The notes under the pieces are model-generated. The model worked only from the letters and a program-made list of their open reading frames with translations. It had not been told where the DNA came from and searched no databases. A DNA stretch of 64,000 bases from Pseudomonadota bacterium (GTDB taxonomy: Archaea; Thermoplasmatota; SW-10-69-26; JACQPN01; JAJPHT01), in NCBI GenBank assembly GCA_021325135.1, contig JAJPHT010000033.1, positions 1 through 64,000 of the forward strand, read 5' to 3'. A program made the position numbers and the translations under genes. This document shows, one piece after another, positions 62,960-64,000 of the stretch (within the stretch, counting starts at the first letter, position 1; each line of letters starts with the position of its first letter).

Positions 62960-64000
62960 TCACGCGGGGCGCAATTCAAGCTTGCGGATTGCGCCGCGGG
63001 AGCGCCAGCGCATCGCGGGCGCCTCCACGAGGCGGTACGACGCCCAGCCGGCCGCGACGGAGAGCCCCACCATGGCGACGGAGTTGGGGAGGAGCCACGA
63101 GGCCCCTTTGTGGAGCAGCCAGCCGCGCTTGGCCAGCTCGATCATGAGCGGCTCGTGCCAGAGGTAGACGCTGTAGGAGATGGCGCCCAGGAAGGAGAAG
63201 GGCGCGCTCCCCAGGACGCGCTCCCAGGGGCCCTCCGCTCCCTTGCGCGCCACGCTGGGCGCGAGGACGAGGGCGAACCCCAGCGCGCTGGCGGCGTGGA
63301 AGAACGCCTGCCACGCGGGGGCGGCGTCGTGGCGCGCGAAGGCGATCCCCAGCACGGCGAGGCCCGCGAGGCGCAGCGGGGCCGGCGCGCGCAGGCCCGC
63401 AAGGCGCGCGACCGCCAGGAGCATGCCGGCGGCGAACCCGTCGGCCCGCGCGGGGAGGCCGAACCAGACGGTCCACCGGTCCATGGGCGCGTGCCACACC
63501 CAGAGCGCCCAGGCTTTGAAGGCGAGGCTCGCGAGGCCCACGATCAGGGGGAGGGCGGCGAGGAGCGCCAGCCGGCCGGCGCGCGTCCGGAGCCTGGCGC
63601 ACGCCGCGTAGGCCAGGGCGCCCAGCGCGGGCAGCAGGAGGTAGAAGCCCACCTCCACCGCGAGGCTCCAGGCGGGCCCGATGGTCCAGAAGACGTGGGC
63701 CTGGCTGAACGTCTGCGTGAAGGTGAGGTGCTCGACGAGGTCGACGCGCTCCTCGGCCAGCCCGTCGTAGCGCGAGGCCCACACCAGGAGGATCGCGACG
63801 TAGTAGAGGGGGAGGATGCGCAGCGCGCGCTTGGCGAAGAACGCCCGCGTCGAGGGGCGCCCGTCCTGCTCCAGCGCGGCGCGGGCGAAGGGCAGGTAGA
63901 GGAGGAGCCCCGAGAGGACGAAGAACCAGGCGACGCCCGCCTCCAGGCTCCGGAGCACGAGGTAGAGCGGCGTCCCGGCCAAGGCGCCGGCGTGGGTCGG
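62960..64000 (-). CDS. Acyltransferase-3 (OafA-like) membrane protein, 5' end outside the window
   Basis: GVAWFFVLSGLLL, RALRILPLYY, WSLAVEVGFY, ISYSVYLWH, SYRLVEAP. Confidence 0.92.
   Translation of the reverse strand, partial: PTHAGALAGTPLYLVLRSLEAGVAWFFVLSGLLLYLPFARAALEQDGRPSTRAFFAKRALRILPLYYVAILLVWASRYDGLAEERVDLVEHLTFTQTFSQAHVFWTIGPAWSLAVEVGFYLLLPALGALAYAACARLRTRAGRLALLAALPLIVGLASLAFKAWALWVWHAPMDRWTVWFGLPARADGFAAGMLLAVARLAGLRAPAPLRLAGLAVLGIAFARHDAAPAWQAFFHAASALGFALVLAPSVARKGAEGPWERVLGSAPFSFLGAISYSVYLWHEPLMIELAKRGWLLHKGASWLLPNSVAMVGLSVAAGWASYRLVEAPAMRWRSRGAIRKLELRPA

Noticed and set aside
1-64000. tRNA, rRNA, SRP RNA, integrase, transposase or prophage
   Set aside because: No T-loop or acceptor-stem pattern, SRP helix-8 motif, or recombinase/transposase motif was seen by eye; a covariance search could still find small RNAs.

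Overview
This is a very GC-rich (roughly 70-75% by eye) chromosomal window from an archaeon, most likely an uncultured Thermoplasmatota lineage. That assignment is an inference from archaeal-type PheT, RFC large subunit, DRG GTPase, PAC2 chaperone, AbrB-PhoU, TrmB, V4R, an EarA-like wHTH, class II HMG-CoA reductase, and TATA-like boxes about 30-40 nt before apparently leaderless starts. About 60 genes are supported: housekeeping, metabolic, respiratory (cox III-II-I plus a small subunit, ccmF), many secreted or lipoproteins, and signalling proteins. I found no tRNA, rRNA, CRISPR array, integrase or transposase. The strongest candidate for an undescribed system is at 28.7-34.5 kb. A secreted beta-rich protein and a 64-aa secreted peptide both carry the octapeptide SPGCKPAC, and they lie directly upstream of a ~11-TM Hanks-type Ser/Thr kinase and a TrmB-PAS regulator, which suggests peptide-ligand/receptor-kinase signalling. 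Other notable items are a circularly permuted Omp28/DUF1223-like CxxC protein coupled to ccmF, an A1-type oxidase lacking K-channel and Mg-site residues, a triplicated and inverted DRG 3' end, a stand-alone HisKA-like/Zn-ribbon protein, a perfect 64-bp palindrome, and three intergenic repeat families. All protein calls come from motif recognition by eye; no searches were run.
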